A stretch of 64,000 nucleotides of DNA, from the NCBI GenBank assembly GCA_951406725.2, contig OX597816.1, forward strand, positions 88,226,001 through 88,290,000, given 5' to 3'. Under the pieces are notes generated by a model that worked only from the letters and a program-made list of their open reading frames with translations, did no database searches and had not been told where the DNA came from. Every line of letters begins with the position of its first letter. Position 1 is the first letter of the stretch. Positions 1 through 13,409 of this stretch are shown here, piece by piece. Source of the DNA: Octopus vulgaris (Eukaryota). Made by a program: the position numbers and the translations under genes.

Positions 1-741
1 AAGATGGATCTTCATGCTGTTCATCACTAATCAGTCGGACAAGAAGCTCAAGCAGGAAATTCTGACACCTAAGGCTAAGAAAGGGCCGCTTGACAAAGAC
101 AGAAATGTTCCTGAACGAGCTTGGCGTACTGTTGTGCGGAGGATGAGCTGGTTCTTTCTGGGATGAAAAGGACTTCTTCCAGGTCTAGTTGCACAATACC
201 CAGAACAACACAGCTGGCTTGTCTGCAATCCTTATGACACCCACGTATCATGAAAAAGCAAATTCTCTCAAACTATGATGGCTTTGTATGCGTTTCCGGT
301 AAGAATGATGTCATGCCGTACCTCATCTTTGAACAGGGCTTTAGGCTCAATTCATATGACTGTCTGAAGCTGCTGGAGTGTGTTGCTGCTCGAGGGAGAA
401 TTTCTGTTGACCTGCTCCAATTTCTACCTTCCTAATTTTCTTGATTCTTATCCCATAGATTACTAAGTGTGGAGTGCGGTTGAGTCAGACAACCACTATA
501 CCAACAACACCAAGGTCGATCAAATGGCCAAGATCAAGGAGTGGTTCGAAGATCTCCCCAAGGATACAAAAAAAGCATGAGCCAGACTTCGGAGCCGTTT
601 TCAGGTTGTAGTTACCACCACCACTAATCATAATTTAGTTGATATGTTTTCTTATTTTTTAAAATATTTTCATTTTTAGATGGGATACTGTATTTTCTTT
701 CCCTTTATGTAAGCTATCAAATTTAGCCAGAAAACCCTGTA
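1..741 (+). mobile_element. Decayed Tc1/mariner-superfamily (maT/DD37D-like) transposon remnant, 3' part
   Basis: Broken frames read ...VMPYLIFEQGFRLNSYDCLKLLE... and ...DSYPIDY*VWSAVE...MAKIKEWFEDLPKD...RLRSRFQVVV, resembling a DDD transposase C-terminus. The segment ends in ...AAAACCCTG|TA like a Tc1-type TIR plus TA site. Confidence 0.7.
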
Positions 742-756
742 TTTATGTATATATAA

Positions 757-758
<2 letters not shown>

Positions 759-846
<88 letters not shown>
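759..846. repeat. (GT)n microsatellite
   Basis: About 44 perfect GT units. One representative of dozens of (CA)n, (TA)n, (TACA)n, (GATA)n and (AAT)n tracts across the window. Confidence 0.98.
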
Positions 847-847
<1 letters not shown>

Positions 848-849
848 CA

Positions 850-1845
850 GAGCTGAAATACAGAAGCACCAAGAAGTGTATGGATACATATTTATTAACC
901 ATTTATTAATGAATACATATTTATTAACGATCAGCGATGAAACGTAGCTTAGAATGCACGGGGTTAGAAATCCCTTACACTATAAATTGGTGGGAAGCTG
1001 CTTGCGGGGCACAAACCGAACTTCTTTTGAAGCCGTGACAGGCAACCTACGAATGTCACTAGGCGAATCTCCCATCTTCCTTCAAATTAATCGCTTTGGT
1101 CTTACCAGCGAACGAGCTTGTTACATTTAGTATGGCAGTGTAGAAGTGTTGAGAATATAAATCTTCAGTAACGATATATCTGAAATCTAAGAGATTGTTC
1201 ACCCGATGGATTCTGATCTATTACTTATAGCTGAATTCACTTAGGGATATATCATTAGAAATTATACGCACATATGTATACATAATTTTGCTTTACCGTG
1301 CAAGGGTCAGATTGCCTATAAAAGATACACGCTTGTATTTCATTTCTTTTTATCATTATTATTCAACTATCTAAATAATTAACAAATCACTTGTTTGATA
1401 AATTGTTTGATCGACCAAGCAGTTGATTTGTCAGACTTATTTCGTCACACTTGATGACGGACTTTCACGTGCCTGTCTGTACAAATCACAGAAGATTGGA
1501 TGAGAGTACATCATCAATAAGGTCGCAGATAATGACAAACCATCTCACTGACTGATCAAATGATGAAACAAAGAATTGATTAGTTAATTAGTTAAGTATT
1601 TAACAAGCTGACAGCTGCTAAAAAAGGAAAATTACTACAAGCGCATGAGTTTTATTGGCAAAAATAACCTTCCAAAAGTATGACCAAGTCTATACGCGAT
1701 GATGCTTCAAGAATTTTGCGAAAAAGATACAAGAATTATCTATCTATCTATCGTACCCTCTCTCTTTCTCTCGCTCTGAATCTATCTGCCTATCTGTCTG
1801 TCTGTCTGTCTGTTTGTCTAACTATGTATCTTATATATGTATACA

Positions 1846-1882
<37 letters not shown>

Positions 1883-1958
1883 GGGGTTAGAAATCCTTTA
1901 CACGATAAATAGGTGGGAAGCGATTCTCAATCTTGAGGGGATGGGCCCCTTATATACT

Positions 1959-1994
<36 letters not shown>

Positions 1995-2300
1995 TGAGAA
2001 AGTTGGTGTGTGAAAGCACGTTGTTGGATGTATAAAAAATAGAAAAGAGTGAAAAACTACAGAAGGCTTGTTTTATAAGGTTGAAGAATATATTTAATTC
2101 GTTATGATAGAAAAATGTTATAAAATTTTGTAAAATCATAGATAGAATTACTAAGACTTAAGGCATCCACTAACGAAGAAAAATATAAAAACATTGTCTT
2201 CTTTCCTTTTTTCCGTCCTTTTTTCTGTCGTCTTCTTTTTCTGTTTTTTCTCTCTCTTTTTCTTTTCGCCTGTTATAAAATTGTAACTAAAAAATTGATG
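850..2300. mobile_element. Possible Penelope-like element remnants with a ~40-bp direct repeat
   Basis: GGGGTTAGAAATCC(C/T)TTACAC(T/G)ATAAAT(T/A)GGTGGGAAGC occurs at ~960 and ~1884. The minus strand at 1060-1150 has a weak Cys-containing GIY-YIG-like remnant. Confidence 0.3.
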
Positions 2301-2517
2301 ACGTCATTCCATCAACGCGTGGACGCTGGTTGCTCTCGTTCATACTTTACGTTTAAATTTCTGGAATTTTGAATTTTTATAACTTCTTATTTTGAACTTG
2401 ACAAAGACAGACGTACTGTTGAAATATCGTTCAGCTAATAAAATATGTTGCAATCAAAGCTCGCTCTTCGTCTTCACGGTTTACTTTTGCGAAGAGTTAC
2501 CTCAATCGTTTTTAAAA

Positions 2518-2623
2518 TATAATAATAAGAAGAAGAAGAATAATAAGAATAATAATAAGAAGAAGAATAAGAAGAATAAGAATAAGAATAAGAATAAGAA
2601 TAAGAAGAATAATAATGATGATG

Positions 2624-2694
<71 letters not shown>

Positions 2695-2760
2695 GGCAAC
2701 AACAACAACAACAATAATAATAACAACAACAATAATAATAACAACAACAACAACAACAAC
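2518..2760. repeat. Compound (AAT)n/(AAG)n/(AAC)n microsatellite
   Basis: Direct reading of trinucleotide runs. Confidence 0.95.
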
Positions 2761-2808
2761 ATCGAAAGAGTCCTTAGGAATAAGAACCCAGGTTCAAAAT
2801 TTCCCCAA

Positions 2809-2854
2809 GACACATGATGAAGGCTGGAGGGTATATCAGCCGAAATGTTGTGTT
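2809..2854 (+). ncRNA. Degenerate minimal type I hammerhead ribozyme (Penelope-like repeat, ~2761-2942)
   Basis: Stem I GACAC/GTGTT, core aTGATGA (C>A change), stem II GGCTG..CAGCC, then GAAA-tg-TT. Confidence 0.6.
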
Positions 2855-3015
2855 AGCAACAAACAAGATGAGGACAAATATCAGTCGATCGTAAATAATG
2901 TGAATAATGTACGTAATTCTTCATCTCTTAGATATAGAACTGTATGTATATTTTCTACCCACACTTAATATTGAGTGTTCTTTCATTTTTAAATTGAGAA
3001 ATGAAGAATAACGCA

Positions 3016-3263
<248 letters not shown>

Positions 3264-4220
3264 TAGAAACTTACTGTTAATAAAATTCTGTGTGCTGCGT
3301 ACTGTTACTAATAAATAAAATATGCATTGTAAATAAACAACGATAGATAAAAAAAAGCCTATACGTATACACAGTGGGTCCCTAATTCTCCATCAGTTAT
3401 CTGCCAGAATAATAATACTCAGTTTGGCAGAAAATCGCGCCTCAAGCAAACAAAAAAAAAGTTAAAAAGTGTAATTTAAGACAATGCACAAAGACGAAAC
3501 GGCCAAAAGATAATGGTGAGTAACACTTAGAAAAAATTCTGAAGGATATAGACAACAGTAAATAACAAATCAGAGAAAGTTTTTTGTGACCGAACCGCTG
3601 GGCAGCCACTGAGAAAGAGGGAATCAAGAAAAAGTAGTCACGAGTCACGTGTCAGCAGCAGGCAGAGGAGAAAGGGAGAGAGTGCGACAGAGAGAAGAGA
3701 GAGAGAGAAAACAAAGTATCACTTTCTCATTTTTTTCTCTCTCTATCTATCTCTCTCGCCCTCTCATTTGTATTTGTAGCCTTTCTCCTTTCCCCCTCCC
3801 TTTCTTACCTTAGTTTCTCTCTATCTTCTCTCTGTCGCTCTCAAATTCATCCTCTAATTCCCCACACGTGGGACCAATCAAAGATCTTGAAGCTAAATGG
3901 GATTTAAGGGCATTTTCTTTCATACTCACTATTGCTTCTTGCATTTTGGGTGGCTAGGATTAGATGGTTGTTTATGCTCACTTACATACATTTTTACAAA
4001 TAGAAATTACTTCACTATTCAATTTTGTATGAGCTCTTGCTTTACAGTTTCTTATCAACAGACTTCCAATAAACCTTGCCCCTATATTTTCTTTCTTGCC
4101 TATAAATAAATTTAGAATCGTTTACGAGCTTATCACAACCTCTGTTGTTATTAATAGTGTACGGCATCGTAAAGGTTTTATATTCAACTTTTAAAGAAAA
4201 ATAATGTAAATAATATAAAC

Positions 4221-4586
4221 GGTCGCAGTAACCTCTGAAAACAAGCCTCTTGCTCTTGAATTTTCAAGATAAGCTTGTTATTTTTCAGTAAATGTTAAAC
4301 GACCTTTCTACTTTTAAATTCCTACTTCAGCAATTAACGATGCAGTTTCAAATTTAAAAGACCTTTCCGTTTTTTAATTATCATTTCAACAATTACCGAA
4401 AATGACTATTGTAAATAGTATTCCTTTATTTACCTTATTTAATTAACGACGCAATGTCAAGTTCCTAAGCTTTACGGCAAAATGTTATTGCAGCGAAATA
4501 TCCGTACAGCGAATTGTCTTACGGAGAATAGTCGTAAGGTGAATTGCCCTACAGCGAATTTGTTTACGGCAAATTGTCCGGTGACC
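4221..4586. mobile_element. Non-autonomous DNA transposon-like remnant with 15-bp subterminal tandem repeats
   Basis: About 7 copies of RGCGAAWTGTCYTAC at 4473-4586 ending in CCGGTGACC. The left end is GGTCGC and there is an internal ~58-bp duplication. No TSD seen. Confidence 0.45.
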
Positions 4587-6374
4587 AGGCGTTATTTACA
4601 ATGCATTTCTCATTTATATGAAAAGATTGACGGACGGACGGACAGATAGGTAGATAGATAGATATATAGATAGACAGACAGACAGACAGACAGGCAGACA
4701 TCTATGCATATTTGTATGTGTGTTTATTACTGTTTGTGAACTAGCAAGATAAGAGCGCTCAATACAGAGTGTGGAGTATATTGTTTCTTTAAATTTAACT
4801 CATTTACAGTTGACTTCAATTTCAAGCTCCTACGATCTTTAGGCAATGACTTAAGCCTTTGGGGATATTCTTTTCTCTATAATTAGAAATGTCATTCACT
4901 GGTTTACGATAGTGTTCTTTTGAAACGTGGACCACTTGTCGTCGCTTCATTTTCCACTTAGTCGACTTTTTTTTCTGTACAGTATTTTTTAAACCGGTTT
5001 TTTTTTAAAGATTGCTCCTATAAATCTGTTCATCACCACATTATTTCTCATTGTCCAGTTCCATAATCACCAACTTTCTATTTTTCTATTGTGTTACATT
5101 TGTTGGTTTTGTAGAGGTCCTGTATCTCCTTGGTGATTACGTCGTCTACATTCTGTTTTGCCGAGGTTGTCCTGAATAATATATAAACTATATTTTATAT
5201 TTGAAGAACTTTTGGTGTTTGCATTATATTTTTATCATTTCTAAACTGTCGTTCTTTGACTTCATTTCTGTTACTGCTTTTATATCATCGGGTGTTCACT
5301 ATATTTGAAGTTCGGACAACTATACAAAAATAATTTTATTCTGGTCCAGCAAAGTAGCAATATTTCGATTCTTCTGTTGACCATGTAGTGTTGCTGTGAT
5401 AAAATGTTGAAATCAATTTTGCGAAACACATAGAATACTGAAGAATGTCTGTGTAAGTATGGAGAAGTTTTATTATTTTCTGGTTTATATTCAAATTTAT
5501 AGTATTTTTCCAAATGGTCAAATACGTTCGGAGAAAGATGTAGCATTCTTTCGAAACGAATGCATGTTTAGTACATAGAGTTTGGATGTTCTGCTTTGAT
5601 GTTTAGTTACAGGACGTTCTTTGATAGATTTGTTGAAACAAATATAGAAGTTAAGGGAGAATAGTATAGAGGCAAACATAATAATAATATTCACAATGCT
5701 CTAAGCCTACTCAGCACAAAATAATGAGATAGAAGGAATTTAATAAAAAAATTTAAAAAACAGAAATGAGTAACAACAAAAACATGGTAAGCACCAAATA
5801 AAACAGTAGCCACAAAAAGCAGTGCATTCACTACAATGTGAACGTCAACGTCAACGCAAAAGAATGATAGCTTCGTGCAAGGTGATATTAAATAAAAAAA
5901 AAACACAAAAAGAGAATAATTTAAAACATCTGTAACAACTATACACATAAAACGATAATGTAAAGAAGTAGGTAGAACTATAACTACAGTAAAACAGGAT
6001 ATGAGTGACGTAATCAACGGATAGACAAAGTAACACTGTAGATCGAAACAATAAAGAAGCAATAAATAACGAACTCTAGCAAAACGACATCTTTTTGAAA
6101 ACCGGATTCGACTGTTCTCTTCTCTATCATCACGTAGCTACGACTTTCAGTCGACAACTATTTCCATTCTTTTGTTGTTCTATACTTACATCCGTCGGTT
6201 TCGCTGTTGTTTATATGTATTATGTTTTTCAAGTCACTTTAATCCGAAATATTTATATGATTATGAATATGAAAACACACACAAAACACAGACATAGACA
6301 TACGCGCGCGCGAACACACATTAAACACGCACGCACAGAAACACACGTTATATATATATATATATATGTACTGG

Positions 6375-6745
6375 CTTGAAATTTTGTCACAGTGCCAGGA
6401 AGATCAGGAAAGCGGGTTAGTCGATTACTTCGACCCCAGTTAATCAAACGGGTACTTATTTTATCGAAAGGATGAAAGGCAAAATCGACCTCAGGAATTA
6501 AAACATCAAATCGCCGCATTTATAAGTTAACATATTGGTTTCAAATTTTGGCACAAGGCCAGAAATCTCAAGGGGTGAATAAGTCGAGTGCATCGACCGT
6601 ACTAATCAATTGGTACGTTTTTTTTATGGACGTCGTGAAAGGCACAATCGAACTTGGTGAAATTTGTACTCAGAACGTGTAGACAAGCAAAATGTCATTA
6701 AGCATTTAGCCAGGCGTGCTAACGATTCTGCCATCTCGCTATCCT
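6375..6745 (-). mobile_element. tRNA-derived SINE family A, two tandem degenerate copies
   Basis: Contains the family core ...GGTACTTATTTTATCGA..AAGGATGAAAGGCAAA.TCGACCTC..GAATT and the head ...GTGCTAACGATTCTGCCA.CTCGC. Confidence 0.8.
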
Positions 6746-7102
6746 CAAATATGCTGACATATTCATGCTTGTTTCTATAACATTTAATTTAATAAAAAAA
6801 ATAACATTAAACTGAAAGAATATTCATTTATTCTTCCATAGGGTACGGTATGATGTAGGAAATCAAATCATCCATGTATATCGACAAACACAGAATAAAA
6901 TATATTAAAAAATACATTAAAAAGTGTGTGCATCTTCCTTCGTTTATATATATATATATTAGAAGAAATGAGGTAATCAGAAGATCGGATGGTTCATGTT
7001 TATAGATATTTATTTATATATTACATTTTTTACACATATATATCATATCATTCAGATTATTAGCGCTTTCTCCCATTCCAGTGGGGTTTTCAAATCAAAT
7101 CA

Positions 7103-7189
<87 letters not shown>

Positions 7190-7199
7190 TATATATATG

Positions 7200-7253
<54 letters not shown>

Positions 7254-7740
7254 CATTACAACACACCACCTGGGGATGATCGAAATTCCTCCCTTTGTGT
7301 TACTATATATATATATATATATAAAGTATCACAAAGGCAGTAATCATCAGATTCAAAAATCTATTTAATTGACAGTTGAGTTCTTGCCAACTGTACTAAA
7401 ATGACTAACTCATTCCTTTTTGTACCTCTTAGGGGGCTCCAAGAAGCCGAAATTTTGGAATACGGTTATGACCAATCCGCATGCAACTTAAACGTCGGAT
7501 TTGCTGGACGTATCGATATTACTGGCTTAGATCCTGCCTTTATTTTAACCAATTAACTTGCAGTTTACATGTAATTGTTTTATGAGTGAGCAAACTTAGT
7601 TGGTTTCTGTAATTTGTATATATTCATTTTTAAAGATAATTTTAATCCTCATCATTAATTGGTTGTTACATTATTGTTGTTTTTTTCCGTTCCGAACAGG
7701 TTTCAGCATTTTAATAAACCGGTTTTCTTTTATCACAACT

Positions 7741-7872
7741 CATTTCTAAGACTGAGTGAACTGGAACAGCGTGAAATATTTTGCTTAAGAAGACAACACA
7801 CAACTCGGTCCGAGAATCGATCTCACTACTTCATGATTGTGAGCGCGACTCTCTAACCACTGAGCGATGGCT
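7741..7872 (-). mobile_element. tRNA-derived SINE family C, 5' fragment
   Basis: Minus strand has A-box-like GCTCAGTGGTTAGAG and B-box-like GATCGATTCTCGG. Similar to 12213-12520. Confidence 0.65.
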
Positions 7873-7954
7873 CTTTACATGGCCCGGTGCACAGTACCCT
7901 ATCATACTCACATGAAAGTACGGATATAGTGGTTTTACTCGTACACACGTACGC

Positions 7955-8016
<62 letters not shown>

Positions 8017-8298
8017 ATGCACGCGCGCACACACGTATGTCCCTTTATACTCAGAAACTTAAAGCTAAGCACTTACAGAATAGAAAATAGTAATTGCCAC
8101 ATTTAGGGGACTTTTAAATAAATGCTTGGCCAATCACATTTAAGTCTCCCCTAATGTCTGTAAAGAAATGAAATGTAGGAAGACAAACACTTGGAAGTAG
8201 AAAAATTCATTTAACATTTCTTTTTCTGTGTTTGTTACTCTAATAGAGAGATAGAGATAAGTGCAGAGCTTTGGAGATGAGAGTAGCAGTTCATTATT

Positions 8299-8780
8299 AT
8301 TTTCTACTCTAGGCACAAGGCCCGAAATTTTGGGGGAGGAGGCCTGTCAATTAGATCTATCCCAGTACGCAACTGGTACTTAATTTAATGACCTCGAAAG
8401 GATGAAAGGCAAAGTCGATTTTGGTAGAATTTGAACTTAGAAAGTAAAGACAGATGAAATACCGTTAAGCATTTCGCCCGGCGTGCTAACGTTTCTTATT
8501 TCTTTACTGTCCACAAGGGGCTAAACATAGAGGGGACAAACAAAGACAGACAAAGGTATGAAGTCGATTAAATCGACCCCAGTGCATAACTGGTACTTAA
8601 TTTATCGACCCCGAAAGGATGAAAGGTAAGTCAACCTAGGCGGAATTTGAACTCAGAACGTAACGGCAGACGAAATACCGCTAAGCATTTCGCCCGGCGT
8701 GCTTAACGTTTCTGCCAGCCCGCCGCCTTGTATTCTTTTCTACTCTAGGCACAAGGCACGAAATATTGAGGAAGAGGGCA
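8299..8780 (-). mobile_element. SINE family A multimeric insertion with 17-bp TSD
   Basis: AGTAGCAGTTCATTATT at 8282-8298 and 8781-8797 flanks two SINE units plus a partial tail. B-box GAGTTCAAATTCC is present. Confidence 0.88.
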
Positions 8781-9256
8781 AGTAGCAGTTCATTATTGTG
8801 TACGAAAAATGCCTTCCATATCTTTAAAAATTTTAGCTTTGTTTCTCTCTCATCCCGCACAGCATAGTGGATTAGGAAGGGAAAAGATGAGATAAGCATA
8901 AAATACTGAGTGGTGACGAATTGTAATGATGGTACTGATACGACTTCGTAGAGTCAAACGTTGGTTTTATTCTTTCTGTAGTCTCCCGCTCGTATTTTCA
9001 TCTTCCTTTATAGTGATCATCCAAGCATACAAATACAGAGAGCGAAAAAGAGAAGACATTGTTGATGATGGTGGTGGTGGTGGTTAGGAATGTGGTTAAA
9101 ATGTGAAACAAAGGTAGTCTGTTGCGGTGTTATTTCGTGCTATGTGAGTGCAAACTTTCCGCCATTATATTGCACTCTTGAAAATGACAACGGGATTGAT
9201 ACTCATAATAATATTAGATAAATATACATACGTATGTACGTACGCACGTATGTATG

Positions 9257-9290
<34 letters not shown>

Positions 9291-9300
9291 TGTATGTATG

Positions 9301-9405
9301 TCATTATTCAGTTTTATTTCAATATTTCTTGCCAATAGAGAAAGAGTTGGTTTCTAACTTAGATCCAAGGCGCCTTCATTGAAATTTCAACATCAACATC
9401 AGAGT
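9301..9405 (-). mobile_element. 3' terminus of (TACA)n-associated RLE LINE
   Basis: Reverse complement of 61945-62045. Flanked on both sides by (TATG)n. Confidence 0.8.
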
Positions 9406-9504
9406 ATGTATGTATGTATGTATGTATGTATGTATGTATGTATGTATGTATGTATGTATGTATGTATGTATGTATGTAGGTATGTATGTATACATGTATG
9501 TATG

Positions 9505-9624
9505 CTTGGCACTGTTTCTATCGGTCTCTTTTACTGAGCCACTATGTTACGGAGACATATGCAAGACAAAATCGTTTGTATGCAGCGATGCGGTTAAACC
9601 CATATAACACACGCACACCAACAT

Positions 9625-9680
<56 letters not shown>

Positions 9681-9860
9681 ACAAAGACACGCGCGCACAC
9701 ACACATATACGGCGGGCTTTTTTCAGTTATTGACTACGAAATCCACTTTCAAGGCATTGGTCAGCCCTGGGCTATAATAAAAGACACCCATCCAAGGTGC
9801 AATGCAGTGAGACTGAGCCGGGAACCATGTGATTGTGAAGCGATGTCTGAGCCTACACAA
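9505..9860 (-). mobile_element. SINE family B (CORE-like), degenerate copy
   Basis: Similar to 13730-14195, with an internal (CA)n. Confidence 0.75.
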
Positions 9861-10242
9861 CTAGAAAACAAGCAAAATACGTACACATGACACGCTTTAT
9901 TTCAAACAATTACTTGCATGAAGATTGCATATTCTACAACATAGATTAACGTCTGGTTGAAACACAGTATCTATTTTATACCTCACCCCCAATTCATCTC
10001 ATTCAATTAATCCATTTTCAATTTTCATTAACACTCTGAAACTTTGCCTGATTTCATATCATCTCATAAAGATTTTTATTTTTCATTAGTTAATTATGAG
10101 CCGTTATCAAAGATAGCATCAATGTGTGCTTTGAGGTACTGGCAGAAATACTTCTAACTCTCTCAGTATATCAGTTTTGTGTGTGAGTGTGTGTGTGCGC
10201 GTTTGTGTGTCTGTCTATTTAGCCATGTATCTATCTATCTAC

Positions 10243-10374
<132 letters not shown>

Positions 10375-10428
10375 GTGGTTATATATATATGTAGTTATAT
10401 ATATGTATATGCATATGTATATGTGTAT

Positions 10429-10463
<35 letters not shown>

Positions 10464-11006
10464 ATATATACATATATATATGCGCGTATATCATCTACAT
10501 TTACACACACGCACATGTATATACACACACACATATATACATTCATGCACATATACGTAGAAGTATAAATATTCTATTTTAATAATAATAAAGGATTTCA
10601 ATTTAAGTATATATCTATGTATAAATATTATCTATAATTATACCTATTTCTACCTACCAATCTATTCATATGTCTAATATACGCCCACACACATACGTTC
10701 ATATATGAACACCTTTTGAACAAAATGATGAAAACAACTTGATAAATGGAGGTTTTCATATTAAATGCTGAGTTATCCCATCTTACATAAAGATGATTGA
10801 CAAACTGACGTCAACATTACCTCCACCTTACCATTCGCACTATACAACACACAGAGCATGCGTCATTCTTATTTAACTTTATAGTAGCTCTAATTGATTT
10901 CCATTTCAAATTTCGCCCACTCTATTATTTGTAGGCCTTCTTCTCATGACCCTAGCCATTGTTTTCTTCAGCCTTAATCTCATTTTATCAACAATATTGT
11001 GTACTT

Positions 11007-11504
11007 TACAAGGCAGCGAGCTGACAAAAACGTTAGCCCTTGGGACGAAATGCATAGCGGTATTTCGTCCGTCTCTACGTTCTGGGTTCAAATTCCGCCG
11101 AGGTCGACTTTGCCTTTCATCCTTCCGGGGTCGATTAAATAAGCACCAGTTACGCACTGGGGTTGATATAATCGACTTAATATATTTGTCTGTCTTTGTT
11201 TGTCCTCTCTGTGTTTAGCACCTTGTGGGTAGTAAAAAAATAGGTATTTCGTCTGCCGTTACGTTCTGAGTTCAAATTCCGCCGAGGTCGACTTTGCCTT
11301 TCATCCTTTCGGGATCGATTAAATATGTACCATTTACTCAACTCGGGTCGATGTAATCGACTTAATCCATGTGTCTGTCCTTGTTTGTCCCCTCTGTGTT
11401 TAGCCCCTTGTCGATAAATTAAGTACCAGTTGTGTACTGGGGTCGATCTAACTGACTGGCCCCCTCCCACCAAATTTCAGCCCTTGTGCCTAGAGTGGAA
11501 AAGG
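11007..11504 (+). mobile_element. SINE family A multimeric insertion with 13-bp TSD
   Basis: ATATTGTGTACTT at 10994-11006 and 11505-11517. Head GGCAGCGAGCTGAC..., B-box GGGTTCAAATTCC, core GTCGACTTTGCCTTTCATCCTT..GGGTCGAT repeated. Confidence 0.88.
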
Positions 11505-11616
11505 ATATTGTGTACTTCACATATCGAAGACGATAGTATATGATTGAAAGAGTATTTCTGATATTTCTAACGATTTGAATGATCCTGTTTATTATCTGTA
11601 AATACTTAAGGAAAGT

Positions 11617-11790
11617 AAGGCAGTGAGCTGGTAGAGCTCGTCGGTCAAAATGCTTAGCGGCATTTCGTACGTCGCGGTTGATAAAATAAGTACTAGTTAA
11701 GTTACTAGGGCCGATGTAATCGACTAGCACTAATCGACTAGCACTCTCCCTTAAACTTGCTGTCCTTGTGCTGAAATTTTAAGTGGGCAT
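11617..11790 (+). mobile_element. SINE family A, deleted copy
   Basis: Head AGGCAGTGAGCTGG..AAATGCTTAGCGGCATTTCG and tail CCTTGTGC. Confidence 0.7.
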
Positions 11791-12212
11791 AGTCGACTGA
11801 ATCAAACCAATCTATTCCTGTAGTTACATCAATTTCATATAGTTATGAGTAAGGGAGTCCACACCATGATTTAAACTGCGATATCTGCCACACCATTCTT
11901 CTATAATGATAGAACCTTATTTGTTTCTCTCATTAGCATGGAGTTATTATTTATTCTGGAAAATATAAGTTATATAAATAAACTGGGGGGGGGGGGGATC
12001 ATAAATTCTAGTCTTTTCTACCAGAGGGAAAATATCGCCATCACCCTACCTACAGAAATGAAATTTGGGGAAAACAATAATTAACGAAATATAAAGTCGA
12101 GAAGAGAAGCCACGAAAACCAATTTCGTTTGGCTATCATTGAAATATATACAACGGAAAGTCAGGGTAGATTAACTAAGACAATATTACAAGTATATATT
12201 CTGGAAAGTGGT

Positions 12213-12520
12213 AAGGCGCATGGCTCAGGGATTAGAGACTCGTACTTACAATCTATGAGTTCGATTCCCGGACCGAGCGGTGTGTTATCTTGAACAAGTC
12301 ACTTTATTTCACATTACACCTGGTGACTCAGCTATAGAAATGATTTGCGACGTCACTGGTGTGAAACTCCTTCGGCCTTTGCCTTTCCTTTGGATAACGT
12401 CTGGTGTGCATGGGCGACTACTGGTCTTCCATAAACAACCTTACCCAGACTTGTGCCTTGGAGGGTAAGTTTCTAGGTGCAATCCCATGGTCATTCGTGA
12501 CCGAAGGGGGTTCTTTACCT
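12213..12520 (+). mobile_element. tRNA-derived SINE family C
   Basis: GGCGCATGGCTCAG A-box, GAGTTCGATTCCCGG B-box and CORE-like TTGAACAAGTCACTT. Related copies at 15023-15285 (+) and 58500-58690 (-). Confidence 0.7.
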
Positions 12521-13267
12521 TTTACTCTATTTTATTGAACGGGCAGGGATTAATATCTAAGTTTACTTTGGAGATGTGGCATGACAGTGCCACCGCTCAT
12601 TCAGCTAGAATTCCAAATAATGATTTATTTCTAGTTAAGCAAAACTGAAGAGAATGATGGACTCATTAGGATTGTAGCTCCTTAGATCATAGGTCTGCCA
12701 CTCAGAAGTTTACTGGTGTGAAACAACAAAAGCAAGAACAACAGTAACAACCAGAACAACCAGAACAACAACAACAACAACAACAACACAGAAATGAGCA
12801 GTTAAAGACGAAATAATTTAACTGATTTGCTTTTTCGTCTTTTTTTTTGCGTCTTACATTTGTTCACATTACCATCGAAAGCCACTAATGTCAGTGACAA
12901 AACTATCGATTTTAAGTACAATGTCATGCTATATATAGAAGCCTGGACGTAAAATACTTTATATATGATATATAAAAAGGTATATAGTTTCGATAAGCGA
13001 AAGATTGCAACGAATTTGTCATTTAAAACAATGCTCTGCTAAGTTTAAGCTTTAATAAGCAGCAAAAATGGATATCCTGCGACGTGTTAGAGGGTATGTT
13101 TCTGGCTTAATTAGGAAAAGTATATCATTTCCCATTTCCAAGAAGCTCAGCAAGTCAATAGACTCTCACTAATCTCAGTACACTTCTGTTGCTTGCAGTG
13201 AATTACCATCATATAGTTAGTTGAATTTGGCCATTGAAATTTAACCGATTCTGTAATTGGGTACAAT

Positions 13268-13342
13268 CGGAGCCGGATTAAGACTCATAGAAGCCCTAAG
13301 CGCTTAAAACATTTTGGTATCCCTATATATATATATGCGTGT

Positions 13343-13409
<67 letters not shown>

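Noticed and set aside
4473-4586. CRISPR-like periodic array
   Set aside because: Head-to-tail degenerate 15-mers with no spacers, no cas genes, and a eukaryotic context.
11010-11110. tRNA genes at SINE heads (also ~12215 and ~47505)
   Set aside because: A and B boxes are present but no cloverleaf is evident, and each continues into a multi-copy SINE body.
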